From contig CAWIQD010000009.1 in NCBI GenBank assembly GCA_963837945.1, positions 201,700-265,699 on the forward strand: DNA of 64,000 nucleotides. Reading direction: 5' to 3'. Position 1 is the first letter of the stretch, and every line of letters begins with the position of its first letter. Shown here piece after piece: positions 8,697 to 17,709 of the stretch. Source of the DNA: an uncultured Acidobacteriota bacterium (GTDB taxonomy: Bacteria; Acidobacteriota; Thermoanaerobaculia; Multivoradales; DATKCC01). The notes beneath the pieces were generated by a model, which was given only the letters and a program-made list of their open reading frames with translations, was not told the origin of the DNA and searched no databases. The position numbers and the translations under genes are program-made.

Positions 8697-10022
8697 ATGC
8701 TCCGCCGGACTCTCGCGGCCCTCGCCGTCCTCCCGCTCCTCGTCCTCGCCCTCCCGCGAACCGCCGGCGCCGCCGCTTCGGCGTGGGCCGAGAACCCCGA
8801 GTCCCGCGTGCGCCTGGTGACGCCCTACCGGGTGGCGCCGCGCGAGGGCGAGGTCTGGCTCGGCCTCCAGTTCACGCTCTCTCCCGGCTGGCACGTCTAC
8901 TGGAAGAACAGCGGCGACGCCGGCCTGCCTCCGGCCCTCGACCTCTCGGCGACGCCCGAGCTCTCCGCCGTCCGGCTGCGCTGGCCGGCGCCCGAGCGCT
9001 ACGAGCTGCCCGGCGGGCTGGTCGCCTTCGGGTACGGCGAGGAGGTGGTCTATCCGGTCCAGGCTCGGATCAGGGCCCGGATCGAGGCGCCCCGATCGGA
9101 GGACCGCGACCGGGTCACCATCTCGGCGCGGGTCGACTACCTGGTCTGCGAGGTCGACTGCGTGCCCCACGGCTACGACCTCGCCTTCGAGCAGCCGGTG
9201 GGCGCCGAGGCCGAGCCGGACCCGGAGGCCGCCCGGCTCGTCGCACGCTGGCGGGAGCGGGTGCCGGTCGCTCCCGCCGAGGTGCCCGGCGTTTCGAGCC
9301 GTGCCCGCCTCGACCTGGCCGACCCGAAGCACCCGGTGCTGGCGGTGGACGTCGAGGGCGTCCGGGCGGCGGGCTCCGAGCCGACCGAGCTCTTCCTGGA
9401 GGTCCACGACCTCTTCGAGCCGGGCCGACCGCGCCTCGAGCCCCACGCCGGTGGCCTCGGCTTCCGCGTGCCGATGAGCCTCAAGCGCAAGCTCGCCGGG
9501 CCGCTCGCCGCGACGCGCTTCGACTGGACCGTCACCGGGCTCGAGGCCGCGGGCTCGGCGCCAGACGCGGCGGCCGGCAAGGTCTTCGCGCTCGAGGCCC
9601 GGGCCGACGTGCCCGTCGCGCGCGGCGAGGCGCGCCCGGCCGCCCGGCCGAAGGAGCTGGCGCGAGCCTGGAACCGGAGCCTGGAGCGGCCGCCGGTGCT
9701 CGCCGTGGCCGCTGTCCTCGCCCTGCTCGTCGCCCTCCGGCTCTGGGGCTTGCTCGGCGGACCGCGCCGCGCGGCTCCGCCCGCCCCGGCCTGGCGCCAG
9801 GGCCTGGGCTTCCTCGCCGCGGCGGCCCTCTTCGGCCTCCTCTACCGGCTCGCCGACCGGGTCGATCCCGTCCGCCTGGCCCTGGCGGAGCTCGCGCTGC
9901 TGGTCACGGCCCTCGCCGGCTGGCTCACTGCGAGGGCCCGGCGGCCGGGGGCGCGCTGGCTCGCCTGGGCCGTCCTCGCCGCGGCCGGGGCCGCCGCCGT
10001 CTGGCTCGCCGCCGTGGGATAA
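8697..10022 (+). CDS. protein-disulfide reductase DsbD N-terminal-domain membrane protein
   Basis: GWHVYWKNSGDAG, LVCEVDCVP, C-terminal TM helices. Confidence 0.8.
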   Translation: MLRRTLAALAVLPLLVLALPRTAGAAASAWAENPESRVRLVTPYRVAPREGEVWLGLQFTLSPGWHVYWKNSGDAGLPPALDLSATPELSAVRLRWPAPERYELPGGLVAFGYGEEVVYPVQARIRARIEAPRSEDRDRVTISARVDYLVCEVDCVPHGYDLAFEQPVGAEAEPDPEAARLVARWRERVPVAPAEVPGVSSRARLDLADPKHPVLAVDVEGVRAAGSEPTELFLEVHDLFEPGRPRLEPHAGGLGFRVPMSLKRKLAGPLAATRFDWTVTGLEAAGSAPDAAAGKVFALEARADVPVARGEARPAARPKELARAWNRSLERPPVLAVAAVLALLVALRLWGLLGGPRRAAPPAPAWRQGLGFLAAAALFGLLYRLADRVDPVRLALAELALLVTALAGWLTARARRPGARWLAWAVLAAAGAAAVWLAAVG

Positions 10023-10030
10023 TGGCGGCC

Positions 10031-10645
10031 ATGAAAGCTGCGATCTCTCCGCGCCTCGCCCTCGTGGCCGTGCTGGTCTCTGCCTTCTCCCTCGGCTCCG
10101 CGTCGAGCGTCTCGGCCGAGGCGGTCGTCGGCGAAAAGGCCCCGAGCTTCACCCTCCGGGACCTCGACGGCAACGAGCACAGCCTGGCCGACTCCCTCGG
10201 CAAGGTCGTGGTGCTCGAGTGGATCAACCCCAAGTGCCCCTTCTCCCGGCGCCACGCCGAGCAGAAGACGATGATCCGCCTCCACGACCAGCACCCCGAC
10301 GTCGTCTGGCTCGCGATCAACAGCACCAACCCGAACCACGAGGACCACCTCAGCCCGGCCGAGCACCAGGCGTACGACCGCAAGGAGGGCATCGACTACC
10401 CGGTGCTGCTCGACCCCGCGGGCGAGGTGGCGCACGCCTACGACGCCAAGGCGACACCGCACATGTTCATCATCGACGAGACGGGGACGCTGCTCTACAG
10501 CGGCGCGATCGACGACGACCCGCTGGGCCGCGAGAGCCCGAAGGACCGGACCAACTACGTGGCTCGGGGCCTCGCCGCCCACGCCGCCGGCAAGCCGGTC
10601 GACCCCGCGACCACCAAGCCCTACGGCTGCAGCATCAAGTATTGA
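10031..10645 (+). CDS. redoxin (AhpC/TSA-like thioredoxin-fold) protein
   Basis: APSFTL, LEWINPKCPFS, TPHMF, YSGAIDD, C-terminal GCSIKY; start could be 10022. Confidence 0.9.
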   Translation: MKAAISPRLALVAVLVSAFSLGSASSVSAEAVVGEKAPSFTLRDLDGNEHSLADSLGKVVVLEWINPKCPFSRRHAEQKTMIRLHDQHPDVVWLAINSTNPNHEDHLSPAEHQAYDRKEGIDYPVLLDPAGEVAHAYDAKATPHMFIIDETGTLLYSGAIDDDPLGRESPKDRTNYVARGLAAHAAGKPVDPATTKPYGCSIKY

Positions 10646-10716
10646 CTGGGTCCCCTCCGGGGACGCCTCCACCCGTCGTTTCGCCGGTACCAGTCGGCCG
10701 CAGCACCCAACCCATG

Positions 10717-12566
10717 ATAGGGGTAGGGAGGGCAGGTTGGATTCCCTGCCCCCCCTCCCTCCGAACCGGACGTGCGGATCTCCCGCATCCGGCTCTCCGG
10801 TTGGTGGTTCACCTACGAGAGGACTGCGAGTCCGAGGCATAGGCGGCTTCGAGGCTGAACAGCCCATGCTCGGCGAAGAAGGCGTTGGGCCAGCGCTGGT
10901 GGTCGCTACCGCGGCCCCGGCCTCGGCCTCGGCGACGCTTGCGTAAGATGCTGCGCAGGCGCATGCGGATCCACCGGTCGAGCGGCCGGAAGGTCGTCGG
11001 GTGGCTGTAGCGGTAGTACTCGTACCAGCCACGCAACGTCCGGCTGATGTCCCAGGTGATCCGATCGAGGCTGTGACCGTTAGTGCGCCGGGTCTTGCGG
11101 CGCAGGGTGTCCTTGAGCTTCCGGAGGCTCTTGTCGCGAGGCCATTGGTATCCCCGTTCGAAGTGGTACCCCAGGAAGTCGAAGCCACCCCGCTCGGTGG
11201 CATCCACCACCGCCGTCTTGTCCGGGTGAAGGCTCAGGCCCTCCTGGGCCGTCCACACCTCTACCAGGGCAAGCGCCCGGCGGGCCTCGGTCTCGCTCCG
11301 ACACAGGATCACGAAGTCGTCGGCGTAGCGCACCATCTCGAAGCCCTCGCGGGCCAGAAGATGGTCCAGCGGGTCGAGGTAGATGTTGGCCAGTAGGGGG
11401 CTGATCACCGCGCCTTGCGGGGTTCCCCGCTCGGGCGTCCAGCTCTCCAGTCCGTCCAGTACCTCTTGCTCGAGAAAGGACTCGATCAGGGCGAGCACTC
11501 GCCCGTCCGATACCCTCTCACGCACCCGCGCCAGCAGGCGCTCCGGATCGATCGTGTCGAAGTACCGGCGCAGGTCGGCGTCCACCACCCAGGTGTGGCC
11601 CGAGTCGAGGAGCTCCTCGACCCGCTCCAGCGCTTCCCGGCACCCGCGCCCCGGGCGGAAGCCGTAGCTGTGCTCGGCGAAATCCCGCTCGAAGATCGGC
11701 TCCAGGACCAGGCGCAACGCGCCCTGCACCACCCGGTCGCGCACCGTCGGAATCCCCAGGGGCCGCTTCTCGCGGCTCCCCGGCTTGGGAATCCACTGCC
11801 GGCGAACCGCCTGCGGGCGGTAGCTACCGTCCCGCAAGGACGCCGACAGCGTCTCCACCTCCTCCTCCAGGCGCGATCCGTAGTGATCCACGGTGACGTG
11901 ATCTACCCCCGCGGCGCCCCCGTTGCGCTCGACTCTCTCGAACGCGCGCAGGAGCGTCTGCTTCCGGTAGACCTTGTCGATCAGGCTGAACCACGTCCCT
12001 CCTCGGACCCCGGTCTCCAGGGCCCGCAGCATGCGCTCCGTCCAGACCGAGGGTTCGGCCCAGCCCCATCGGGACCGGGCCTCTCCGGCGGGATTAGGGG
12101 CTCGCCCCACTCGCGCCGGGGTCTCGTCTCTCGTCCTGTCCGTCACACATCCACCTTCCTGCTTCCCTTCGCTCCACGCCCATTACGGCGTTTCCTCGCT
12201 ACTATGGAAGCTCTGACTCCTGCCGCCCTGCTTCTCCTCGTGGACGACAGGTCTCCCCGCTTACGGTGCCTGGCCCTCGCGGTCATTCCGTCCCCAACCA
12301 CCTGTAGACCCCCCGCACACGCTTTCGCACGCTACCCCTCAGCGCGACGGGCACCCCGGCTCTCCCGGGTCCGGGCTTCGCCATTCGCTTGCAGGCTCGC
12401 CGAGTCCTACCGGCCGAATCGGGTTCGTTGCCTACGGACTGATCGCTCATCTCCTCCTACTCCCCACCCCGCCTCACGGCGACGCAGTCAGAGTCAATTA
12501 CAGGCCGGAGAGCGTATGCCTGGAGAGGACTCGCACCTCTCTGACCATGCACCCTCGCGGGCGTAC
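10717..12566 (-). mobile_element. group II intron (1850 nt), complete, En-less
   Basis: 5' GTACG, 3' ...CCCCTAT, canonical domain V (10763-10795, AGC triad) and domain VI, internal RT; spliced flanks match the intact repeat at 14203-14245. Confidence 0.93.
10809..12146 (-). CDS. ltrA: group II intron reverse transcriptase/maturase, no endonuclease domain
   Basis: RPLGIPTVRDRVVQ, SYGFRPGR, GTPQGAVISPLLANIYL, YADD, FDFLGY, maturase X domain ending WPNAFF..GLFSL. Confidence 0.96.
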   Translation of the reverse strand: MTDRTRDETPARVGRAPNPAGEARSRWGWAEPSVWTERMLRALETGVRGGTWFSLIDKVYRKQTLLRAFERVERNGGAAGVDHVTVDHYGSRLEEEVETLSASLRDGSYRPQAVRRQWIPKPGSREKRPLGIPTVRDRVVQGALRLVLEPIFERDFAEHSYGFRPGRGCREALERVEELLDSGHTWVVDADLRRYFDTIDPERLLARVRERVSDGRVLALIESFLEQEVLDGLESWTPERGTPQGAVISPLLANIYLDPLDHLLAREGFEMVRYADDFVILCRSETEARRALALVEVWTAQEGLSLHPDKTAVVDATERGGFDFLGYHFERGYQWPRDKSLRKLKDTLRRKTRRTNGHSLDRITWDISRTLRGWYEYYRYSHPTTFRPLDRWIRMRLRSILRKRRRGRGRGRGSDHQRWPNAFFAEHGLFSLEAAYASDSQSSRR

Positions 12567-12973
12567 AAGCGGCCGAGCTCTGTCTCGGCCGGGCGATCCC
12601 CGCGACGGGCATCGAACCACGCAGCGGAGGCATCTGGCCTCCCCTCACGCCCACCGGTGCCCGGGCCGAGCTCCGTCTCGGCCGGCTAGTGACGCGTCAA
12701 CCGTCAAGTGACAGGGTATCCGGCGAGGATTTCGCGTCGCTGGCCAGGCGCTGCGACGCAGGCATAGCGGGGCCTATGTCGAGGAGGAGCAACGCCGCCA
12801 GCGGCGGGAAGGACCGCCAGGACACGTCACTTGACGGTTGACGCGTCACTAGGCCCGCCGGCGGGCACCGAGCGCCCGTCGCACCCCACGGCGTTCGCCC
12901 GGCCGAGGCGGAGCTCGGCCGCTTCACGCGTTCGGAGGACGGCGTTCGGCCGAGGAGGAGCTCGGCGCCTTCA
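12567..12973. repeat. REP family A cluster (contains intron 5' junction and MITE 2)
   Basis: hairpins at 12567-12591, 12664-12684, 12900-12930, 12946-12973; 12567-12685 is the reverse complement of the ~92-bp unit at 14085-14211. Confidence 0.85.
12686..12852. mobile_element. MITE-like element 2 (167 bp, 27-bp perfect terminal inverted repeats, CTAG ends)
   Basis: CTAGTGACGCGTCAACCGTCAAGTGAC (12686-12712) and exact reverse complement (12826-12852). Confidence 0.8.
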
Positions 12974-13942
12974 GGCGGCGGGAGGGCGCCGCTGCCGGGC
13001 GAGGCAGGCGTCCCGGAACCGGCGGAGGCGGTGGACGTACGCCTCGCCGCCCCGCACGTGGACGTCGTTGTGGCCGTCGCTCTCGACCTCGAACAGTTCC
13101 TTGGGCTCCGCCGCCGCCTCGTAGAGACGCCGGCTCAGGGAGACGGGGACCGTCGGGTCGCCGGTCGCCTGGATGAAGAGCTTGGGCAGGGTGAGGCGGG
13201 CGACCTTCTCGATCGAGCGGAAGCCGTTGCGCGTGATGAGGTGGAGGGGGAGCTTGGGGTAGAGCGCCCGGGCCATGTCCTTCAAGTCGGTGAAGGACGA
13301 CTGGACCACCAGCCCCGCCGCCGGCCGGTCGAGCGCCGCGTCGATCGCCACAGCGCCGCCCAGGGAATGGCCGAAGAAGAGGAGCTCCTCGGCCGGGCGG
13401 CCGAGCGGGCCGGTCAGGTGGTCGTAGGCGGCCCGGACGTCGGCCAGCAGGCCGCGCTCGCTGGGCACGCCCTCGCTCTGGCCGTAGCCCCGGTAGTCGA
13501 AGGCGAGGACGTTCACCCGCACGTCTCGGAGCAAGCGGAAGACCCCGATCCGGTGGGCGATCGTGCCGCTCGAGCCGTGGCAGTAGAGGACCGTGCCCGC
13601 GGCCTCGGGATGCTCGATCCACCAGCCGTGGAGGCGCACGGCCCGCCCCGGCGGCCCCGAGTCGAACCAGACGTCCTCGGCCGCGAGCCCGTCCGAGCTC
13701 GAGTCGAGAAAGCCGCTCGGGGCCTCGTCGGGCAGGAAGAGGTTGTTGTGCTGGTAGCGGCCCCGGAGGTAGCCGAGCGCGCCGATCCCGCCGACGCTCC
13801 CCAGGAGCGCCGCGATCCAGGGCGCCGCCTCGGAGAGCCGGGCACCGCTCGCCGGCGCTTCGACCGGCGCGGCGGCCGCCGGGGCGAGGTCGAGGGCCTC
13901 CCGCTCGGCGCTGTCCGCGACGTCTTTCGACGGTTCGGGCAT
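12971..13942 (-). CDS. alpha/beta hydrolase (ABHD/BEM46-like)
   Basis: YCHG, FDYRGYG, GHSLGG nucleophile elbow, D..VP, GHND; start at MPEPSK chosen because upstream sequence is repeat. Confidence 0.9.
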   Translation of the reverse strand: MPEPSKDVADSAEREALDLAPAAAAPVEAPASGARLSEAAPWIAALLGSVGGIGALGYLRGRYQHNNLFLPDEAPSGFLDSSSDGLAAEDVWFDSGPPGRAVRLHGWWIEHPEAAGTVLYCHGSSGTIAHRIGVFRLLRDVRVNVLAFDYRGYGQSEGVPSERGLLADVRAAYDHLTGPLGRPAEELLFFGHSLGGAVAIDAALDRPAAGLVVQSSFTDLKDMARALYPKLPLHLITRNGFRSIEKVARLTLPKLFIQATGDPTVPVSLSRRLYEAAAEPKELFEVESDGHNDVHVRGGEAYVHRLRRFRDACLARQRRPPAA

Positions 13943-13982
13943 CTCTGCCCGGAAAACCGCGCCGGAAATGCCGGTTATTCCG

Positions 13983-14270
13983 TTCGTTGCCCGCCGCGAG
14001 GATCGCCCGGCCGAGGCAGAGCTCGGCCCGGGGACCGGGAGGTGTGACGGGAGGTGAGGCGCCTCCGCCACGTCGTTCGTTGCCCGCCGCGAGGATCGCC
14101 CGGCCGAGGCAGAGCTGCCCGGGCACCGGGAGGCGTGAGGGAAGGCGAGACGCCTCCGCTGCGTCGTTCTTTGCCCGCCGCGAGGATCGCCCGGCCGAGG
14201 CTCGGCCGCTTCATGGGTTCGGTGCCGCGGCCGACTGGTGGCGGTGGAGGGACGGGCGGGGGCGTCCCCT
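13983..14270 (+). repeat. tandem ~92-bp composite REP family A units, ending in the empty intron target site
   Basis: TTCGTTGCCCGCCGCGAGGATCGCCCGGCCGAGG recurs at ~13983, ~14077, ~14167; ends in CTCGGCCGCTT|CATGGGTT. Confidence 0.9.
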
Positions 14271-14315
14271 TCCCCCCTGGGGGAGGGAAGGGGATCGAGG
14301 GTGAGCGGGGGTGAT

Positions 14316-15005
14316 CTAGAAGGGACCGCCGAGCTCCTGGATCAGCGGCTGCACCTTGGTCGCGATCCCCAGGCCGTCGCCGATCGGCAGCACCTGGGAA
14401 CGGAGCTGGGGATGGATCATCAGGTAGCCGTTGAACGCACGGAGCGCCTCGGCGGCCTCGTCCTCCTCGTCCGGCGGATCGGCCACCCACCCCTTCCACA
14501 GAAGGTTGTCGAAGAGGATCAGCCCGCCCACCACCAGGCGCGGCAGGATCCGGTCCAGATAGCGCCGGTACTCGGTCTTCTCGGCGTCGACGTAGGCCAG
14601 CTCGAACGGCGCCTCGGCCGGAGCGGAGAGCCGGTCGAGGACCTCCAGCGCCTCGCCCGCCACCAGCTCCACCCGCTCGAGCACGCCGCCCCGCTCCAGG
14701 TAGCCGCGGGCTCGCTCGTGCATCGCCGGATCCCGGTCGATCGTCACCACGCGCGCCTCGGGGGCACCGCGGGCGAGGAGCAGCGCGCCGTAGCCGATCG
14801 CGGTCCCGACCTCGAGGATCCGCCGCGCGCGGGTCGCCCGGGCGAAGAGCTCGAGGAGGCGGCCGACCTCGGGGTCGGAGATCGGCACGTCGTGGCGCTC
14901 GGCGTACGCCTCCATCTCCTGGAGGAGGGGGTCGCGCGGAGGCTGGAGGCGCTCGAGGTAGCGCTCCTGGGCGGGGTGGAGGATCGCTCCGAGGCCGTGT
15001 TTCAT
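14316..15005 (-). CDS. O-methyltransferase (caffeoyl-CoA/TrmR-like family 3)
   Basis: LEVGTAIGYG, YVDAEK, DNLLWKG, IGDGL motifs. Confidence 0.92.
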   Translation of the reverse strand: MKHGLGAILHPAQERYLERLQPPRDPLLQEMEAYAERHDVPISDPEVGRLLELFARATRARRILEVGTAIGYGALLLARGAPEARVVTIDRDPAMHERARGYLERGGVLERVELVAGEALEVLDRLSAPAEAPFELAYVDAEKTEYRRYLDRILPRLVVGGLILFDNLLWKGWVADPPDEEDEAAEALRAFNGYLMIHPQLRSQVLPIGDGLGIATKVQPLIQELGGPF

Positions 15006-15094
15006 CGGCCGGATGATACGCCACCCCTTCGGGCGCCACCCCGCGCGGGCGGCCGGATACAATGGCGCCCCGGCCCGCCAGAGAGGAACCGCCG

Positions 15095-15613
15095 ATGAAC
15101 CGATCCGCCGCAGCCCTCGCCTTGATCCTCGCCGCCCTTCCCGCCCTCGCGGGAGCCGCCGGGGCCCAGGCCGCGCCCGCCGAGCCGGCCGCCGAGGCGA
15201 AGCCGGCCAAGCCGCTCCTCGCCCTCGAGGGCCTGACGGTGGAGCCGGCCAAGCCGGGACCCGAGACGCTCTGCCGGCTGCGCGTGAAGATCGTCAACCA
15301 CGGCGAGAAGTTCGCCTCCGCCTTCGCCTTCACGGTCGAGGTGGCGGGCCACGAGCTGCCGGTCTACCGCAACCAGGTGTTCGTCAAGCCGGTGCCGGCG
15401 GGCCAGACCGTGGAGCTGGCGCTCTACAACTTCTGGACCAGCGAGACCGGCCGCCCGGCGCCGGCCGACGGCAAGCTGCCGGTCAAGGTCACCCTGCGCG
15501 AAGCGCGGTGGGCGGAGCGGAGCGAGGAAGACGGCGTCGAGGTCTGGAAGCTCGAGGATCCGGTGCCCGGCCTGCCGATCGAAACCTCGCTGACCGTCCC
15601 CCTGGCGAAGTAG
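15095..15613 (+). CDS. secreted hypothetical protein (beta-rich)
   Basis: signal peptide MNRSAAALAL..AQA; GAGG RBS. Confidence 0.75.
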   Translation: MNRSAAALALILAALPALAGAAGAQAAPAEPAAEAKPAKPLLALEGLTVEPAKPGPETLCRLRVKIVNHGEKFASAFAFTVEVAGHELPVYRNQVFVKPVPAGQTVELALYNFWTSETGRPAPADGKLPVKVTLREARWAERSEEDGVEVWKLEDPVPGLPIETSLTVPLAK

Positions 15614-15627
15614 GGCACGCGGGGGGT

Positions 15628-16566
15628 CTACGAAGCCCCCCTCCAGGCCAGCACCTCGAGCAGGACAGAGCGCCGCGCATCGCCGGCACCCGGGGCGGCG
15701 GCGGCGCTCTGCGGAACCATGACGAAGTTCGGGGCGAGCCGCACCCTGCAGCCCCCCGCCCGCGGGGTCACGGGGACGTCGACGTCGTGCGAGCCCGACC
15801 CGGTGACCGCGGCCTCGAAGCCGCTGCAGCTCGCCGACAGCGCGACCCGCGCCTCCTCGCCGTCGGCCGTGGCCTCGAGCTGCCGGCGCATGCCGGCCGC
15901 CTCGACCGCCGGGATCTGGATGCGCGCCCAGAGCGAGCCGGCCGACGCGACCTTGGTGAGCCGGATCGCCCCCTCGCCATGGAGCCAGCGGAAGGCGACC
16001 ACCTGCCGGTCGGCCCCGGGCAGGGTCGGGCTCCAGGTGGGCGAGAACTCGAAGGCGGGCAGCCCGGGGGTCTGGTTGGGCACGTGCACGCTCACCAGCG
16101 CGTACTCGCCCTGGCCCCGGCGGGTGCCCGTGGTCTCGAGCGGCCAGCGCTTCCCGCTCTCGTCGTAGAGGCCCGCGGTCAGGGTGTAGTCGCCGGCCGC
16201 GAGCGGCGGCGCCAGCAGCGACTGGTAGATCCGTAGCTGCGCGCGCTGGCTCGCCCCGACCTGCCAGCCCGCGGGAAGATCCTCGTCGAAGGTCCGGCTC
16301 AGCCGGCCCTTCGAGTCGAGCAGGTGCGCGAACACCCGGAGATGGCCGGCGACGCCGGCGAGCTCGGTCCGGGGAGTCCAGGCGAGATCGAGGTCGGCGT
16401 ACGCTCCGTAGGGCAGGTCGATCTCGCCGGGATCGAGCGACAGCTGCGCGACCGGCTGTCCCTCGCCGCCGCCGCACCCGGAGGGGCCCACGGCGAGGAG
16501 GGCGGCGAGGGCCGCCGCGCCGACGAGCGACGGGCGGACGCGGGGACGACGAAGCGATCTGTGCAT
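15628..16566 (-). CDS. hypothetical lipoprotein
   Basis: lipobox-like VGPSGC; HLRVFAHLLD and GDYTLTAGLYD Ig-like segments. Confidence 0.7.
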   Translation of the reverse strand: MHRSLRRPRVRPSLVGAAALAALLAVGPSGCGGGEGQPVAQLSLDPGEIDLPYGAYADLDLAWTPRTELAGVAGHLRVFAHLLDSKGRLSRTFDEDLPAGWQVGASQRAQLRIYQSLLAPPLAAGDYTLTAGLYDESGKRWPLETTGTRRGQGEYALVSVHVPNQTPGLPAFEFSPTWSPTLPGADRQVVAFRWLHGEGAIRLTKVASAGSLWARIQIPAVEAAGMRRQLEATADGEEARVALSASCSGFEAAVTGSGSHDVDVPVTPRAGGCRVRLAPNFVMVPQSAAAAPGAGDARRSVLLEVLAWRGAS

Positions 16567-16640
16567 CTCGATGGCCTTCCTCTCTGCGCCGGGCCGGGCG
16601 ACCGGCGGCCCCGGCACCCCGGGACGGTTTCCCGGGAATG

Positions 16641-17033
16641 CTACCAGGGAGCGCCCCCGGGGCCGGCGGGCGGGCGGTAGGTGGCCGAGCAGTCCGGGCC
16701 CTCCCAGACCGTGACCTCCCGCAGGCCGGCCTCCGGCAGGCGGCGGACGAGCTCGTCGTAGAACCAGGCCGCGAGCCGCTCGGTCGTGGGGCTCGTGCGG
16801 TCGAAGGGCGCCACGGTGTTGAGGTCGCGATGGTCGAACCGGGAGGCGAGGTCCACCAGGGTCCGGCGCACCTCGACGAAGTCGAAGCCCATGCCTTCCT
16901 CGTCGAGCTCGTCCGCCTCGAGCAGCGCCTCGACCCGCCAGGAGTGGCCGTGGACCGGCTCCGGAGTGCCCCGGTAGGAGGTGAGGTGGTGGGCGGCTTC
17001 GAATCGCGCGCGGACCCGCAGGAGGTACGGCAT
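16641..17033 (-). CDS. 6-pyruvoyl-tetrahydropterin synthase/QueD family protein with ExxHGH (PTPS-III-type) motif
   Basis: FEAAHHL, EPVHGHSW, DHRDLN, PTTERLA, VWE. Confidence 0.9.
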   Translation of the reverse strand: MPYLLRVRARFEAAHHLTSYRGTPEPVHGHSWRVEALLEADELDEEGMGFDFVEVRRTLVDLASRFDHRDLNTVAPFDRTSPTTERLAAWFYDELVRRLPEAGLREVTVWEGPDCSATYRPPAGPGGAPW

Positions 17034-17098
17034 GACCGCGGATTGTAACGTCGCCGGCGGACGAACCGCCTTGCGTCCCCCGGGTTATAGTGTGCGCC

Positions 17099-17656
17099 AT
17101 GCGGCTCTACCTTGCAGGACCAGACGTGTTCCTGCCGCGTGCCGCCGAGATTGGCGCCCGCAAGCGCGCGGTCTGCGCGACGTACGGAATCGAAGGCTTG
17201 TTTCCGCTTGATGCGGAGTTGGAGGCGAGCGCCGGCGCGACGCAGATCTTTCAAGGCAACCGCGCCCTCATCGAGCGCGCCGACGCCGGCATCTTCAACC
17301 TGACACCCTTCCGCGGACCCAGCGCGGACGCCGGCACCGTCTTCGAGCTGGGTTTCATGGCCGCGCTCGGAAAACCGGTCTGGGGGTACACGAGCGATCC
17401 CTCGTCGTACCTGGAGCGCGTTCGAAAGCAGTTCGGGCCCCTGGTGCGGAGCCCGGAGGGCTGGCGGGACCGCAACGGCCACGCGGTCGAGGACTTCGAG
17501 CTACAAGACAACCTGATGATCGCTGTTTCGCTCATCGAGTCGGGCTTCTGCATCCATGCGGTGCCCGAGGAGGGTCCCGAGGCCCTCGCGGCCCTGCGCG
17601 CCTTCGAAGCCGGTGTAACCGAGATCGCCGCGAGGCACATCGACTTGGTGGTGTGA
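17099..17656 (+). CDS. nucleoside 2-deoxyribosyltransferase family protein
   Basis: YLAGPDVF, PFRGPSADAGTVFELG, DNLMI. Confidence 0.9.
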   Translation: MRLYLAGPDVFLPRAAEIGARKRAVCATYGIEGLFPLDAELEASAGATQIFQGNRALIERADAGIFNLTPFRGPSADAGTVFELGFMAALGKPVWGYTSDPSSYLERVRKQFGPLVRSPEGWRDRNGHAVEDFELQDNLMIAVSLIESGFCIHAVPEEGPEALAALRAFEAGVTEIAARHIDLVV

Positions 17657-17709
17657 TTCAGACCTCCTCGGTTTCTGGATCAGACCGCTAGACCGTGAGG
17701 AGCGAAGCT

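Noticed and set aside
10809-12146. RT as retron, DGR or defence-associated RT
   Set aside because: It has a maturase domain and is enclosed by clear group II intron RNA domains with definable splice junctions; no TR/VR pair seen
12257-12262. perfect 6-bp complement (AAGCGG) to the exon end as EBS1
   Set aside because: It appears to lie at the domain I/II junction rather than in a domain I loop; the 12320-12324 site is positioned better, though neither is confirmed without folding
13943-14126. N-terminal extension of the alpha/beta hydrolase to 14071 or 14126
   Set aside because: It runs through the REP tandem array with non-ATG starts and no coupling or RBS support
13983-14211. possible CRISPR array or integron attC array
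   Set aside because: Inter-hairpin segments are homologous rather than unique; no GTTRRRY/RYYYAAC cores, cassettes or integrase
12567-14270. composite transposon carrying the alpha/beta hydrolase between inverted repeat clusters
   Set aside because: No transposase or target duplication; the repeat is common enough for chance flanking
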